Assembly (NCBI GenBank): GCA_045047115.1
Contig: JASFYR010000018.1
Location: 1 to 46,619 of the forward strand
Reading direction: 5' to 3'
Length of the DNA: 46,619 bases
DNA from: Sulfurospirillum sp.
GTDB lineage: Bacteria > Campylobacterota > Campylobacteria > Campylobacterales > Sulfurospirillaceae
The notes beneath the pieces are model-generated. The model ran no database searches. It worked only from the letters and a program-made list of their open reading frames with translations, and was not told where the DNA came from. The position numbers and the translations under genes are program-made. Of this stretch, positions 21,511-31,593 are shown one piece after another. Each line of letters begins with the position of its first letter. The first letter of the stretch is position 1.

Positions 21511-22099
21511 AACTATAATATTTGTGATATCAGTATTTTTTATAGCAGGGTGTTCTATAAAAGAAGTCTCAAAACCTGTTGTAAAGTATGATATAAATAC
21601 TCCAATAAAGATATCCTCAAAGACAAAATCAAACAAGATATTAAAAGTATCAAGATTCAAAACCCCTATTTACCTATTTGGTAATAAAATTTGGTATCAA
21701 AGAGACTCTTTCAAAACAAATTCGTATCTATACTCTAGTTGGAATCAAGATTTTTCAAGTATGATTGAACAAAAAGTTGCAAATACACTATATAAAAGCT
21801 CTCTTTTTAAAAGTGTGTTTAGTAAATACTCAAAAGCAAAAGCTGATATAATTTTAGAAGGAGAAATCATATCAGCTCTCCAATATGTTAAAAAAGAGAG
21901 TGCATATGTTGTATTTGAAATTAGACTCTATTTGATAGATTCAAAAAGATCAAAAATCATAGGGTCAAAAGATTTTTCATATAAAAAAAGATGTGATACC
22001 GTAGATGCGCCAGGTGCTGTAAAAGCCTATAACAGGATAATCAAAACATTTAGTAAAGAAGTGGTATTATGGCTAAAGAAATTAGTGAAAGAAGATTAA
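21503..22099 (+). CDS. ABC transport auxiliary lipoprotein (PqiC-like)
   Basis: Lipobox IAGC after ATG 21503; position after the MCE gene. Confidence 0.8.
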   Translation: MNKTIIFVISVFFIAGCSIKEVSKPVVKYDINTPIKISSKTKSNKILKVSRFKTPIYLFGNKIWYQRDSFKTNSYLYSSWNQDFSSMIEQKVANTLYKSSLFKSVFSKYSKAKADIILEGEIISALQYVKKESAYVVFEIRLYLIDSKRSKIIGSKDFSYKKRCDTVDAPGAVKAYNRIIKTFSKEVVLWLKKLVKED

Positions 22100-22575
22100 A
22101 CAGATTATTAGAGTTAAATAAAAAGCTAGCACATGAAAATGATTTCTCAAAAAGAATAAAACTTATATCTGATACAATCAAAGACATACTCAAGGTTGAC
22201 AGATTTACTCTGTTTATACACGATAAAAATAGCAAAAGTATGTGGTCGATACATATAGATGGTGTAAGCTATATAGAAGTTCCAGATGACAAAGGCTTGG
22301 CGGGAGTTGTGTACAGGAAGAAGAAAACCTTGATAATGAATGATGTTCAAAATGATAAAAATTTTAACAGCATCATTGATACCGGCAGTGGCTATACAAC
22401 AAAATCCGTACTTGCAATGCCGATTATCGGCTATGACGGCAAGGTATTGGGTGTTATGCAACTTATAAACAAAGTAGATGGAAGTTCTGGTTTTAGTGAA
22501 GAAGATGAAAAGATACTGGGCTATGTCATAGGACATATCAGTGCATATCTTGAAGTGATGATACAAGAGAGTTAG
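22069..22575 (+). CDS. Stand-alone GAF domain protein
   Basis: DRFTLFIHD, KGLAG, GYTTKSVLAMPI, GVMQLINK, FSEEDE. Confidence 0.9.
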   Translation: MAKEISERRLNRLLELNKKLAHENDFSKRIKLISDTIKDILKVDRFTLFIHDKNSKSMWSIHIDGVSYIEVPDDKGLAGVVYRKKKTLIMNDVQNDKNFNSIIDTGSGYTTKSVLAMPIIGYDGKVLGVMQLINKVDGSSGFSEEDEKILGYVIGHISAYLEVMIQES

Positions 22576-22582
22576 GAAAAAT

Positions 22583-22795
22583 ATGAAAGCGATACTGTTT
22601 ATATTTGTATTGGTTGCAATCTTGTTTGCAAAAGTTGACTATTCAGTCATGAGCACGGAAGAGCTTTTGGCGATGATAGGCTATGTGCCTGCCAAAAACC
22701 AAAAAGCTTTTGAGAAGGAGATTGGCAAGAGAGTTGGCAAGATGAACCAAAAACAAAAAACTATATACATAAAAAATTTAAAGAAAAAGAGATAG
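22583..22795 (+). CDS. Small periplasmic protein, DUF1104-like
   Basis: Signal peptide then DYSVMSTEELLAMIG..KRVGKM pattern. Confidence 0.65.
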   Translation: MKAILFIFVLVAILFAKVDYSVMSTEELLAMIGYVPAKNQKAFEKEIGKRVGKMNQKQKTIYIKNLKKKR

Positions 22796-22797
22796 CA

Positions 22798-23475
22798 ATG
22801 CATCAAAAAGCAAAAATATTTCTTTTAGAAGATGATATAAACCTAAATGAAACCATAGTGGAATTTTTAGAAGATGAGGGTTATAGCGTAGAGTCTGCTT
22901 ATGATGGAGACGAGGCAGAAGAGTTGATGTATGAAAAGAGTTATGATCTCTATCTTTTGGATGTAAATGTTCCGGGTACAAATGGGTTTGAACTCCTAAA
23001 GAGTGTCAGGAAAAATGACGACAGTGTGCCAGCCATCTTTGTAACATCCTTAAGCTCGATAGATGATTTGGAAATTGGATATAGGAGTGGTTGCGATGAT
23101 TATCTTAAAAAACCATTTGAGTTAAAAGAGTTGCTCTTTAGAATTCAAACTTTATTAAAAAGAGAGTTTTCACATATAAATGAAGAGTTGATAAAAATCT
23201 CCGATAAGGTTGAGTATAATATGCTAACAAATGAGCTAATTGTTAGTGGTGAAACAATTAGAATTCAAAACAAAGAAGCTTTGTTGCTAAAGCTATTTTT
23301 ACAAAGAAAAGGGGAGATAATCTCTCACGATGTTATATACAGTACACTCTGGGGTTATGATGAGGTTAGTAGCGATTTGGCTCTTCGGACATATATAAAA
23401 AATTTGCGAAAATTGCTAGGAAAAGAGAGAATTATCAGTGTTAAAAAGCTGGGATACAAATTTACGGCAGAGTGA
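22798..23475 (+). CDS. OmpR-family response regulator (DccR-like)
   Basis: LLEDD, LLDVNVP, DDYLKKPF, LRTYIKNLRK, GYKF. Confidence 0.92.
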   Translation: MHQKAKIFLLEDDINLNETIVEFLEDEGYSVESAYDGDEAEELMYEKSYDLYLLDVNVPGTNGFELLKSVRKNDDSVPAIFVTSLSSIDDLEIGYRSGCDDYLKKPFELKELLFRIQTLLKREFSHINEELIKISDKVEYNMLTNELIVSGETIRIQNKEALLLKLFLQRKGEIISHDVIYSTLWGYDEVSSDLALRTYIKNLRKLLGKERIISVKKLGYKFTAE

Positions 23476-24622
23476 AAAAAAGACACTTTTTTCATTTTTT
23501 ATACTATACTCGTTTTTCATCATACTTCTTTTGTCGTTTATGTCCATAGCCTACTACAATACCCAAAAAGATTTGATGCTAAAAGACAAAAGATTAAAAT
23601 TATCAAAATTTGCAAATGATGAGATAAAGAGACTAAAATATCTACATGTAAACTTTGATACGGTTCCTAGAATCTATCCTAGAGATAAGAGATTTAGGTC
23701 AGCAATTTACGATAGTGTCTATACTAAAATCTTCTCTTTACTGGATAGTGACAAGGTTGATCTAAATGAAGATATATACTTGCAAAATGGAAATATATAC
23801 TATGTCAAAGAGCTAGAGTATTACTATTTGGGAACAAAGTATGTTGTTATAGAAGTTAAAGATAATGGTATTTGGAAAAAAGAGACCTATAAAAATCTTG
23901 CGATATATGGTGGCATAGTTCTGTTTGTTATGCTTTTAATGGGATACTTTCTTCTGTATCTACTGTTAAAACCGATGCGAGAAGCCTTGGCATTGCTTGA
24001 TAGATTTATAAAAGATACAACTCATGAGCTAAATACACCAGTAAGTACAATCCTCTCAAATATAGAGTTAAGCGAAAATGCAGGAGTTAACGAGAGACTT
24101 CAAAAGAGACTAAACAGGATAAAAATCGGAGCAAAAACCATATCAAATCTATATCAGGATTTGGTATTTTTGACACTTGCACAAACAGCAAATAGAAAAA
24201 AAGAGATGATAGATTTAAAAGAGTTAATTCAAGAGAGAGCAGAGTATTTTTCTCTCTTTTTGGAAGCTAAAAAGATAACTTTAAGACTTGATTTAAAAGA
24301 TGATGTGAGTATCTTGGTCGATAGAAACAGGATAATAAAACTCATAGACAATCTTTTTTCAAATGCGATAAAGTATAATAAAATAAGAGGCAGTATAGAG
24401 ATTGTGCTTACAGAGAGTTACTTTTGCATAAAAGATAGTGGACGAGGTATAGAAAAAGAGAAGCTAGAACAGGTTTTTAAAAGATATGAGAGGGCAGATA
24501 GCAGTGTTGGAGGCTTTGGTATAGGACTTAGTATAGTCAGCAAAATTGCAGATGAAGAAAATTTAAAGATAGAGATAGACTCGATCTTTAAAAAATTTAC
24601 CTCTGTAAAGGTTTCATGGTGA
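23438..24622 (+). CDS. Sensor histidine kinase (DccS-like)
   Basis: Two TM helices, DTTHELNTP H-box, NAIKYN, DSGRGI, GGFGIGL. Confidence 0.92.
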   Translation: MLKSWDTNLRQSEKKTLFSFFILYSFFIILLLSFMSIAYYNTQKDLMLKDKRLKLSKFANDEIKRLKYLHVNFDTVPRIYPRDKRFRSAIYDSVYTKIFSLLDSDKVDLNEDIYLQNGNIYYVKELEYYYLGTKYVVIEVKDNGIWKKETYKNLAIYGGIVLFVMLLMGYFLLYLLLKPMREALALLDRFIKDTTHELNTPVSTILSNIELSENAGVNERLQKRLNRIKIGAKTISNLYQDLVFLTLAQTANRKKEMIDLKELIQERAEYFSLFLEAKKITLRLDLKDDVSILVDRNRIIKLIDNLFSNAIKYNKIRGSIEIVLTESYFCIKDSGRGIEKEKLEQVFKRYERADSSVGGFGIGLSIVSKIADEENLKIEIDSIFKKFTSVKVSW

Positions 24623-24945
24623 GAGTTTTTTTAATTTCTATTTTGGTTATTTTGGGTTTAAATGCTTCGGTATATCAGAAAAACTGCGTAAGTTGTCACG
24701 ATAAACTACCTGTTAAGATAGACAAATTTTTCTATCGCTACTTGCTGAAATACAGTAGCGCCATAGAGACAAAATATGCTATGAAACTATATCTGCAAAA
24801 TCCTAAAAAGAAAAATTCTATATTAAACCCGGCTCTATTGAAACGCTTTGGTGTAAAGAAAAAGACAATTCTGAGTGAAAATGAACTAGAAAAAGCAATA
24901 GATGAGTATTGGGAAAAGTACAAAATTTTCGGTAAACTCAGATAG
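24616..24945 (+). CDS. Monoheme c-type cytochrome-like periplasmic protein
   Basis: Signal peptide, CVSCH. Confidence 0.7.
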   Translation: MVRVFLISILVILGLNASVYQKNCVSCHDKLPVKIDKFFYRYLLKYSSAIETKYAMKLYLQNPKKKNSILNPALLKRFGVKKKTILSENELEKAIDEYWEKYKIFGKLR

Positions 24946-24978
24946 CTTCACAATTGTTTCACTTTTTTATTTTAAACT
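24946..24978 (+). promoter_or_regulatory. TTCAC-N6-TTCAC direct repeat (DccR-type box) plus -10 element
   Basis: cTTCAC-aattgt-TTCACt at 24946-24963 at the -35 position; TAAACT at 24973-24978. Confidence 0.65.
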
Positions 24979-25092
24979 TCCATTACAAACAGTTGTTCTC
25001 ACCGATAGGTGAAGCTTTAGTAGAGCGTGAATTGGTGAGGAATTTACTTCCTTGCCAAGATGACAGTTAAATAAAAACAAAAGGAGTTAGAA

Positions 25093-25398
25093 ATGAAAAA
25101 GTTACTTTTAATCGCATTAACAGTTTTTGCTATGAATGCTATGGCGGCAGACGATGGTGCGACACTATTTAAGAAGTGTGCAGGATGTCATGGTGCAAAT
25201 GCCGGAAAGAAAGCACTTGGTAGATCAGAGGTTATAAATGGTTGGAAATCTGACAAGATAGTTTCAGCTCTCAAAGGGTACAAAGATGGAACTTTTGGAG
25301 GGGCGATGAAGGGTATCATGAAAGGTCAAGTTGCAAATCTAAATGATAAGCAAATCAAGGCTTTGGCTGATTATATACCAACTCTTAAGAAGAAGTAA
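25093..25398 (+). CDS. Cytochrome c553 (monoheme class I)
   Basis: Signal peptide, CAGCHG, GGAMKGIMKGQ with distal Met; SD AAGGAG. Confidence 0.93.
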   Translation: MKKLLLIALTVFAMNAMAADDGATLFKKCAGCHGANAGKKALGRSEVINGWKSDKIVSALKGYKDGTFGGAMKGIMKGQVANLNDKQIKALADYIPTLKKK

Positions 25399-26026
25399 GC
25401 ACAACAATCCTCCTGTTGTCGCACTTTATTACTCTGAGCCCACACATATCAGCAAGCACTTCAAATGTTTTTGGAGTGTAAAAGAGTATATGTGTGGGAT
25501 CTCTTCTGTACCACCAATTCAAAAAATTATCTTCGTTATTATCGTGAAAAAGTGTCATTATGGCAATGAGCCCGTTTTTTTTAAGATGTTTTTTTAAGAG
25601 TTTAAGAGTTGAGAGTGGGTTTTGCAGATGCTCAAATACTTCTGTTGAAGTTATCAAATCATATTTTTTGTTTATATAGCTCTTGTTTGGTTGATAAAAC
25701 TTATCGTAGATATCAACTCGAAGAGCCCTGTTTTTGAGTATTTGAGCCAATACAGGACCTGGACCTGAACCAAAATCAAATGCATCTGTTGCATTATTAT
25801 CAAGATCTTGCCAGAAATAATCTAAAAATTTTTCAAACATCTCAACATAGCCTCTGCTTTCAAAGCTATTATTGTGATTTTCATATTGAGCTTTCTCTAG
25901 TGCATCGCTTACTACAAAATTATTCTCTAAGATAATAGCCTGACAGGTTAAACAAAATTTATAAATCTTATTATTATTATAACATTTGATAATTTTTATT
26001 GAACTATTACATATTTTACACTTCAT
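25385..26026 (-). CDS. Class I SAM-dependent methyltransferase with N-terminal zinc ribbon
   Basis: CKIC..CLTC, FDFGSGPG, TEVFEH, WWYRRDPTH. Confidence 0.88.
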   Translation of the reverse strand: MKCKICNSSIKIIKCYNNNKIYKFCLTCQAIILENNFVVSDALEKAQYENHNNSFESRGYVEMFEKFLDYFWQDLDNNATDAFDFGSGPGPVLAQILKNRALRVDIYDKFYQPNKSYINKKYDLITSTEVFEHLQNPLSTLKLLKKHLKKNGLIAIMTLFHDNNEDNFLNWWYRRDPTHILFYTPKTFEVLADMCGLRVIKCDNRRIVVLTSS

Positions 26027-26097
26027 TTTTTACCTTTGTTAAATTTATTTTACAAAATTCAGCTTTTTTATAAAAATTTATTGTTATTATAGCGTTT

Positions 26098-27264
26098 ATG
26101 AATAAAATTTTATCTTTTGCGATAGTTTTTATAATCGCCATATTTTTATTATATAATTATGAAGCCAGATTTAATGGTGATGAGATAAGACTGGGTATGA
26201 GTGCCCCTTTTTCAGGCAATAAAAGAGACCTTGGAGAGGATATGTACATGGGTGCAAATTCCTACTTTCAAAGTATCAATGAAAAAGGTGGTATATATGG
26301 AAAGTTTATCAAGCTTTTAACAAGAGATGATAGATATGAACCCAGGCTTGCAGTTAAAAATGCAGAAGATTTTATAAATAAGGATAAGATATTTGCTTTC
26401 TTTGGAACAGTTGGTACGCCTATATCAAAAGTGATTTTACCCATTGCTATCAAAAATGATATACCATTTTTAGGACCATTTTCCGGTGCAGAGTTTTTAA
26501 GACAAAACAAAAGCCCCCTTATCTTAAATGCCAGGGTTAGCTATAAAGAAGAGACAGAAAAACTAATAAACTACTTTGTTGATAAAAAAGAGTTTACGAG
26601 GATTGCAGTATTTTATCAAAATGATAGCTATGGAAGAAGTGGACTAAGAGGCGTAAGAGCAGCATTGAGCAAGAGAAACTTGAAGATTATCGGGGAAGGA
26701 AGCTATAAAAGAAATACTCTTTCGGTCGAAAATGCGCTATATGAGATAAGCTTAACAAGGCCAGAGGCTATCATCTTGGTTGGGACTACGATGCCAGTTG
26801 CCCAGTTTATAAAAAGAGTCAGAAAAAATAAAAAAATAAAAAAGAGTGTAAATTTTGGTGTACTCTCTTTTGTAAACCCAAAACTACTGCTAAAAACACT
26901 AAAATATAGATCAAAAAATATAATTTTTTCTCAAGTCGTCCCCTCGCCTTGGACATCAAGAAAAGAGCAGGTTATAGAGTATAGAGAGCTTATGAGTAAA
27001 TACTACCCTAAAAAGGATTTTGGCTTTATATCTTTGGAGGGTTATTTCGTGGCAAGGATGACAGTTCATCTTTTTAAAGATGTTGGAGAAAATTTCACAA
27101 AAAGTGAATTTATAAGGCAGATGGAAAAATTATCTGAATTGATAGACAATAGTAAAAGAACAGGTAAAGAGTCCACAGAGTGTCCCTGTCTGCATAGAGT
27201 GCATCTGATGTTATATCAAAACAACAAATTTGAACCTATTTTGGAAAATATTGATGAAAAGTAG
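26098..27264 (+). CDS. Periplasmic binding protein, branched-chain amino acid (Peripla_BP_6) type
   Basis: LGMSAPFSG, DDRYEP, GTVGTP, RVSYKEE, FYQNDSYG, SQVVP, SLEGY. Confidence 0.88.
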   Translation: MNKILSFAIVFIIAIFLLYNYEARFNGDEIRLGMSAPFSGNKRDLGEDMYMGANSYFQSINEKGGIYGKFIKLLTRDDRYEPRLAVKNAEDFINKDKIFAFFGTVGTPISKVILPIAIKNDIPFLGPFSGAEFLRQNKSPLILNARVSYKEETEKLINYFVDKKEFTRIAVFYQNDSYGRSGLRGVRAALSKRNLKIIGEGSYKRNTLSVENALYEISLTRPEAIILVGTTMPVAQFIKRVRKNKKIKKSVNFGVLSFVNPKLLLKTLKYRSKNIIFSQVVPSPWTSRKEQVIEYRELMSKYYPKKDFGFISLEGYFVARMTVHLFKDVGENFTKSEFIRQMEKLSELIDNSKRTGKESTECPCLHRVHLMLYQNNKFEPILENIDEK

Positions 27265-28855
27265 TCCTGCTGTGAAGTTGATAAGAATAATAGACAATAT
27301 GACAATAGCAAGGAAAACAACTCTGCTCTTTTTGGTTATGGTGATAGGTATGCTTTTTATCGGTAGTTTTTCTCATATAGGTTTAAGCAGGATGAGAAAT
27401 AACTTTAACATTCTTTATAGTAAACGAATGCTTCCGGTAATCAGGCTTGAAAAACTCAAAGATCTTTATAGTGTAAATATTCTAGATACCTTGAGGGATA
27501 TTGAAAAAAATAATATAACATTTAAACAGGGAAAAGAGGTTATATTGTTGGCTCAGGATTTGATACGAGATGACTGGAGAGAATATAAGCAGAGTTTTAA
27601 GATAGATGACAGTGATCTTTTAATAAAAATTTTAAAGTCTTGGGGATTTATATCAAATAAAAATAAAAATACACCAGAATACAGTGATGAAAAAGAACTG
27701 GCAGATAAAATAGAACAAAAAATCGATTATGTTGACAGTATATTAAACAGTATGTTTAAGCTGTATAGGCAGAACAAAAACCATAGCGTATATATAATGA
27801 TACAAAATCAACTCTATCCAACGGTTTACTCTATAAATATTGACTTAACACAACTTATAAATATAAATCTTGAAGCATCCAAAAAAGGGAAAGAGAGTAC
27901 AAATAAGGTATATAGTAATACTTTTGAATGGGTGGTTGCCGGTACAATCGGTACTATATCTTTTGCAGCACTCATCGCTTTTGTAATTTTGCAAAATATA
28001 AGATTTTTACATAAAAATTTGGAAAATAGAGTTCAAGAGAAAACAAAAGAGTTGCAAGAATTAAATAGAAATCTTGAAATAAAGATAAAACAGGAGGTTA
28101 AAAAGAGTCGGGAAAAAGATGAAATTATGTTTAGGCAGTCGCGTTTGGCTGCTATGGGAGAGATGATAGGCAATATAGCCCACCAGTGGAGACAGCCTCT
28201 AAATGCTCTTGGCCTGATAATACAGAGTTTTCAAACTAAGAGGATGTTAGGGGTTGAACTTGATGATAAATTTATAGATAACCAGGTGAGAGAGGGTGCA
28301 TTGTTGGCTGAAAATATGTCAAAAACTATTGATGATTTTAGAAACTTTTTCAATCCAAATAAAAAAAGAGAACTTTTTAGTATAAAAAGCAATATAGAAA
28401 AAAGTGCAGAGATACTTAGGGTCTATTTTAAAAAATACAGTATAGATATAGATATAATTTGTGTAGAGGATTTTAAGATTTTAGGCTATCCAAATGAGTT
28501 TTCCCAAGTGATTGTCAATCTGTTTTCCAATTCAAAAGATGCACTAATCGAAAGTAATCCTGATATAAAATTAATCGAGGTAACTATATGCAGTGATAAA
28601 ATGGAAGGCCACATAGAAGTTTGTGACAATGGAGGGGGAATAAAAGAGGATGTGATTGATAGGATATTTGAGCCATATTTTACTACAAAGCACAAATCAG
28701 CTGGTACAGGAATAGGGCTCTATATGTCAGAACAGATAATAGAAAAACAGATGGGTGGTGAGATGGTAGCACAAAACTCTTCGCACTATTTTGAAAAAAT
28801 AGGATTTTATAAAAAGTGTACAAAAATGAAGATAACTTTACCGCTAGGAGGATGA
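27254..28855 (+). CDS. Sensor histidine kinase with four-helix-bundle periplasmic domain
   Basis: Two TM helices, AMGEMIGNIAHQWRQP, DNGGGI, FEPYFTTK, GTGIGL. Confidence 0.92.
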   Translation: MKSSPAVKLIRIIDNMTIARKTTLLFLVMVIGMLFIGSFSHIGLSRMRNNFNILYSKRMLPVIRLEKLKDLYSVNILDTLRDIEKNNITFKQGKEVILLAQDLIRDDWREYKQSFKIDDSDLLIKILKSWGFISNKNKNTPEYSDEKELADKIEQKIDYVDSILNSMFKLYRQNKNHSVYIMIQNQLYPTVYSINIDLTQLININLEASKKGKESTNKVYSNTFEWVVAGTIGTISFAALIAFVILQNIRFLHKNLENRVQEKTKELQELNRNLEIKIKQEVKKSREKDEIMFRQSRLAAMGEMIGNIAHQWRQPLNALGLIIQSFQTKRMLGVELDDKFIDNQVREGALLAENMSKTIDDFRNFFNPNKKRELFSIKSNIEKSAEILRVYFKKYSIDIDIICVEDFKILGYPNEFSQVIVNLFSNSKDALIESNPDIKLIEVTICSDKMEGHIEVCDNGGGIKEDVIDRIFEPYFTTKHKSAGTGIGLYMSEQIIEKQMGGEMVAQNSSHYFEKIGFYKKCTKMKITLPLGG

Positions 28856-28857
28856 GA

Positions 28858-29520
28858 ATGGATTTCGATAGTCTTAAAGACATTGTTGTTTTATATGTAG
28901 AAGATGATTTTTCAGTTCAAAATCAAACAAAGATGATACTGGGTGACTTTGTAAAGGAGATCGTAGTTGCAAATGATGGGCAAGAGGGCTTGGAAATAGC
29001 ACTAAACAGAGATATAGATTTGATTATTGCAGATATTATAATGCCAAACAAAAATGGCATAGAGATGCTTAAAGAGCTAAGGTTTGAGCATAAAAAGGAG
29101 ATTCCTGCTATAATCACTACGGCTTTTACTGAGAGCGAACATCTTATTGATGCTATCAGGCTTAGAGTAGAGGGTTTTATCATGAAGCCTATAAATGTAA
29201 GAGAATTGATAGATACGATTTACAATATTATGTTACCTATTGTTCAAAAAAAAGAGCTGGAAGATTGCTCTTTTATAGTAGAAGGGCTTGCCGCATTGAT
29301 TGGTGGCAAAAAGATAGAGATTTTAAAATATATCATGAATAATCTAGATGAAGAAAATATCTTTCATGGCTCCTACCAAGAGATAATGGATAGTATCGGA
29401 GTGAGTAAACCAACAGTTGTAGGCATGTTTAAGCAGCTTATACAAGCTGGAATACTGGAAAAACTAAAAAATAAAATGTATAAATTTACAAATAAAAAAC
29501 TTATAAAGGGTAGTATATGA
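28858..29520 (+). CDS. Response regulator with atypical C-terminal HTH
   Basis: YVEDD, IADIIMP, MKP; C-terminal GSYQEIMDSIGVSKPTV; AGGAGG SD before 28858. Confidence 0.85.
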   Translation: MDFDSLKDIVVLYVEDDFSVQNQTKMILGDFVKEIVVANDGQEGLEIALNRDIDLIIADIIMPNKNGIEMLKELRFEHKKEIPAIITTAFTESEHLIDAIRLRVEGFIMKPINVRELIDTIYNIMLPIVQKKELEDCSFIVEGLAALIGGKKIEILKYIMNNLDEENIFHGSYQEIMDSIGVSKPTVVGMFKQLIQAGILEKLKNKMYKFTNKKLIKGSI

Positions 29521-30050
29521 TTGGAAAGATGTTAATTGTGTCGGTGATGCTTTCATCGCTTTTATTTGCAAGAAATGATATGATAGTTCTAAAGACCAAT
29601 CAAGGCGATATAGAGTTGCAGCTTTTTCCTAAAATTGCCCCTAAAGCGTGTGAAAATTTTGAAACCCTGGTTAAAAGAGGATACTATGACGGGATAATTT
29701 TTCACAGAGTGATAAAAAACTTTATGATTCAAGGTGGAGACCCGAGCGGTACGGGAAGAGGTGGTGAGTCTATTTGGGGACATCCTTTTAAAGATGAGTT
29801 TAAGCCAAATGTAATATTTGACAAACCTTTTTATTTGGCTATGGCAAACAGAGGAAGAAATACAAATGGAAGTCAGTTTTTCATTACGACAGTACCGACT
29901 CCTTGGCTGAATGGAGGTTATACGATATTTGGCAAGGTTGTAAAAGGCTTTAAGGTTGTAAAAAAAATCGAAAACGTAAAAACTGGAGCTGGTAATAGAC
30001 CAATCAAAAAACAATACATCATAAAAGCTAAAATCCTTAATGAAAAATAG
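29517..30050 (+). CDS. Cyclophilin-type peptidyl-prolyl isomerase, exported
   Basis: [29 protein letters not shown]; signal peptide. Confidence 0.95.
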   Translation: MIGKMLIVSVMLSSLLFARNDMIVLKTNQGDIELQLFPKIAPKACENFETLVKRGYYDGIIFHRVIKNFMIQGGDPSGTGRGGESIWGHPFKDEFKPNVIFDKPFYLAMANRGRNTNGSQFFITTVPTPWLNGGYTIFGKVVKGFKVVKKIENVKTGAGNRPIKKQYIIKAKILNEK

Positions 30051-30085
30051 GATACAATAAAAAAGAAAATTTTTTGGAGGAAAAT

Positions 30086-30424
30086 ATGAAAAAAATAGAA
30101 GCTATCATTAAGCCATTTAAACTTGAAGATGTCAAAGATGCTTTGACTGCCATAGATATAACAGGTATGACTATAAGTGAAGTAAAGGGCTATGGAAGAC
30201 AACAAGGTCACTCTGAGCTATATAGAGGTGCTGAATATGTTGTGGATTTTTTACCAAAAATCAAGATGGAAATTATCGTTAAAAATGATGATGTCGACCA
30301 AGCTATTCATGCCATAACAGAGTCTGCAAAAACCGGCAAAATTGGTGATGGAAAGATATTTGTAAGTAGTATAAATAAAATAGTAAGAATTAGAACCGGA
30401 GAAGAAGACGAAGAGGCGATTTAG
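30086..30424 (+). CDS. glnB: Nitrogen regulatory protein P-II
   Basis: [44 protein letters not shown]. Confidence 0.96.
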   Translation: MKKIEAIIKPFKLEDVKDALTAIDITGMTISEVKGYGRQQGHSELYRGAEYVVDFLPKIKMEIIVKNDDVDQAIHAITESAKTGKIGDGKIFVSSINKIVRIRTGEEDEEAI

Positions 30425-30454
30425 ATCAAAGGGGTTATTATCGACCCCTTTGAT
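30425..30454. terminator. Bidirectional terminator between convergent glnB and rubrerythrin genes
   Basis: ATCAAAGGGGT-N8-ACCCCTTTGAT. Confidence 0.75.
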
Positions 30455-30458
30455 ATGA

Positions 30459-31118
30459 TTATTTTTGCTCTATCAGTCTTGATTGATACTCTTGTGGGTG
30501 TTTGCAAACAGGACAAACTTTTGGTGGCTTTTTACCATAGTGGATGTGTCCACAAACTTCACAGATCCAAGCTTCTTCTCCATCTTCACTCATAAACTCT
30601 TCACCGTTTTCTAATCTGGCAAGAAGCATTCTGTACATCTTTTCATGTTCGACTTCAATCTTGCCTATTCCTTTAAACAGGGTTGCTGCATCTTTATAGC
30701 CTTCTGCTTTTGCAATCGCTTCAAAATCAGGATACATGGTTGTATTTTCATAGCTTTCACCATCAATGGCAGCTTGAAGATTTTCTTTCGTATCTCCAAA
30801 ACCACTCTCTAAGCCATGAAGCATCTTGTTATATAGTTTTAACTCCATTTTTGCATGCTGCTTTTCATTGTTAGCTGCTCTTTGAAAATGTGCAGCTATA
30901 TCTCTCAGGCCCTCTTTCTCCGCTACTTTTGCAAAGTATTCATACTTATTTCTCGCTTGAGATTCTCCGGCAAATGCTTTCATAAGATTTACTGCTGTTA
31001 GATTTTGTGTAACCATCTCCATCTCTTCTCCACAGCAGACAAGAGCTCCGCCACCAACATTTTGCACTTCAACTACATTGCCGCATTTGTTGCATCGGTA
31101 TGTTTCATACTGTCTCAT
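30459..31118 (-). CDS. rrc: Desulforubrerythrin (desulforedoxin + rubrerythrin + rubredoxin domains; Rrc-like)
   Basis: [43 protein letters not shown]. Confidence 0.88.
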   Translation of the reverse strand: MRQYETYRCNKCGNVVEVQNVGGGALVCCGEEMEMVTQNLTAVNLMKAFAGESQARNKYEYFAKVAEKEGLRDIAAHFQRAANNEKQHAKMELKLYNKMLHGLESGFGDTKENLQAAIDGESYENTTMYPDFEAIAKAEGYKDAATLFKGIGKIEVEHEKMYRMLLARLENGEEFMSEDGEEAWICEVCGHIHYGKKPPKVCPVCKHPQEYQSRLIEQK

Positions 31119-31224
31119 TTAAAATCCTTTTTAGTTTGATAACCGTAGTATAACTCAATAAAAATAATATGTCAATAGGAAAAATTAGCATTTATAAAAT
31201 ATTAATTAAACCCCTGTGCATAAG

Positions 31225-31250
31225 CATATATTAATATATCTTGATATATG
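31225..31250. promoter_or_regulatory. Putative ArsR operator
   Basis: CATATATTAA-tatatc-TTGATATATG inverted repeat (one mismatch) 31 nt before arsR; near-identical core upstream of arsP. Confidence 0.7.
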
Positions 31251-31281
31251 ATACTAAAAACAATTTATATTAGGAGAACTT

Positions 31282-31593
31282 ATGGATATTTTTTTAAAAA
31301 CAGTTGGTGCCATAAATGATGAAACCAGACTTAAAATTTTGAGATTTATAGATATAAATAAAGAAGTATGTGTCTGCGATATAGAGAGTTCATTTGATAT
31401 GATTCAATCTCGCATATCAAGACACTTGAAAATTTTAAAAGATGCAGGATTTTTAACAGTTGATCGAAGAGGCAGGTGGGCATATTATAGCATCAGAACA
31501 CCATTAGATAGATTTAGGCAAGGTGTGCTTGAAGAGATAAGTTTTTTAGAATTAGATACACCAAAGCTTTGCACAGGATGCAAAAATGAGTAA
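31282..31593 (+). CDS. arsR: ArsR/SmtB family As(III)-responsive repressor
   Basis: EVCVCD, QSRISRHLKILK, RRGRWAYY; C-terminal CTGC. Confidence 0.92.
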   Translation: MDIFLKTVGAINDETRLKILRFIDINKEVCVCDIESSFDMIQSRISRHLKILKDAGFLTVDRRGRWAYYSIRTPLDRFRQGVLEEISFLELDTPKLCTGCKNE

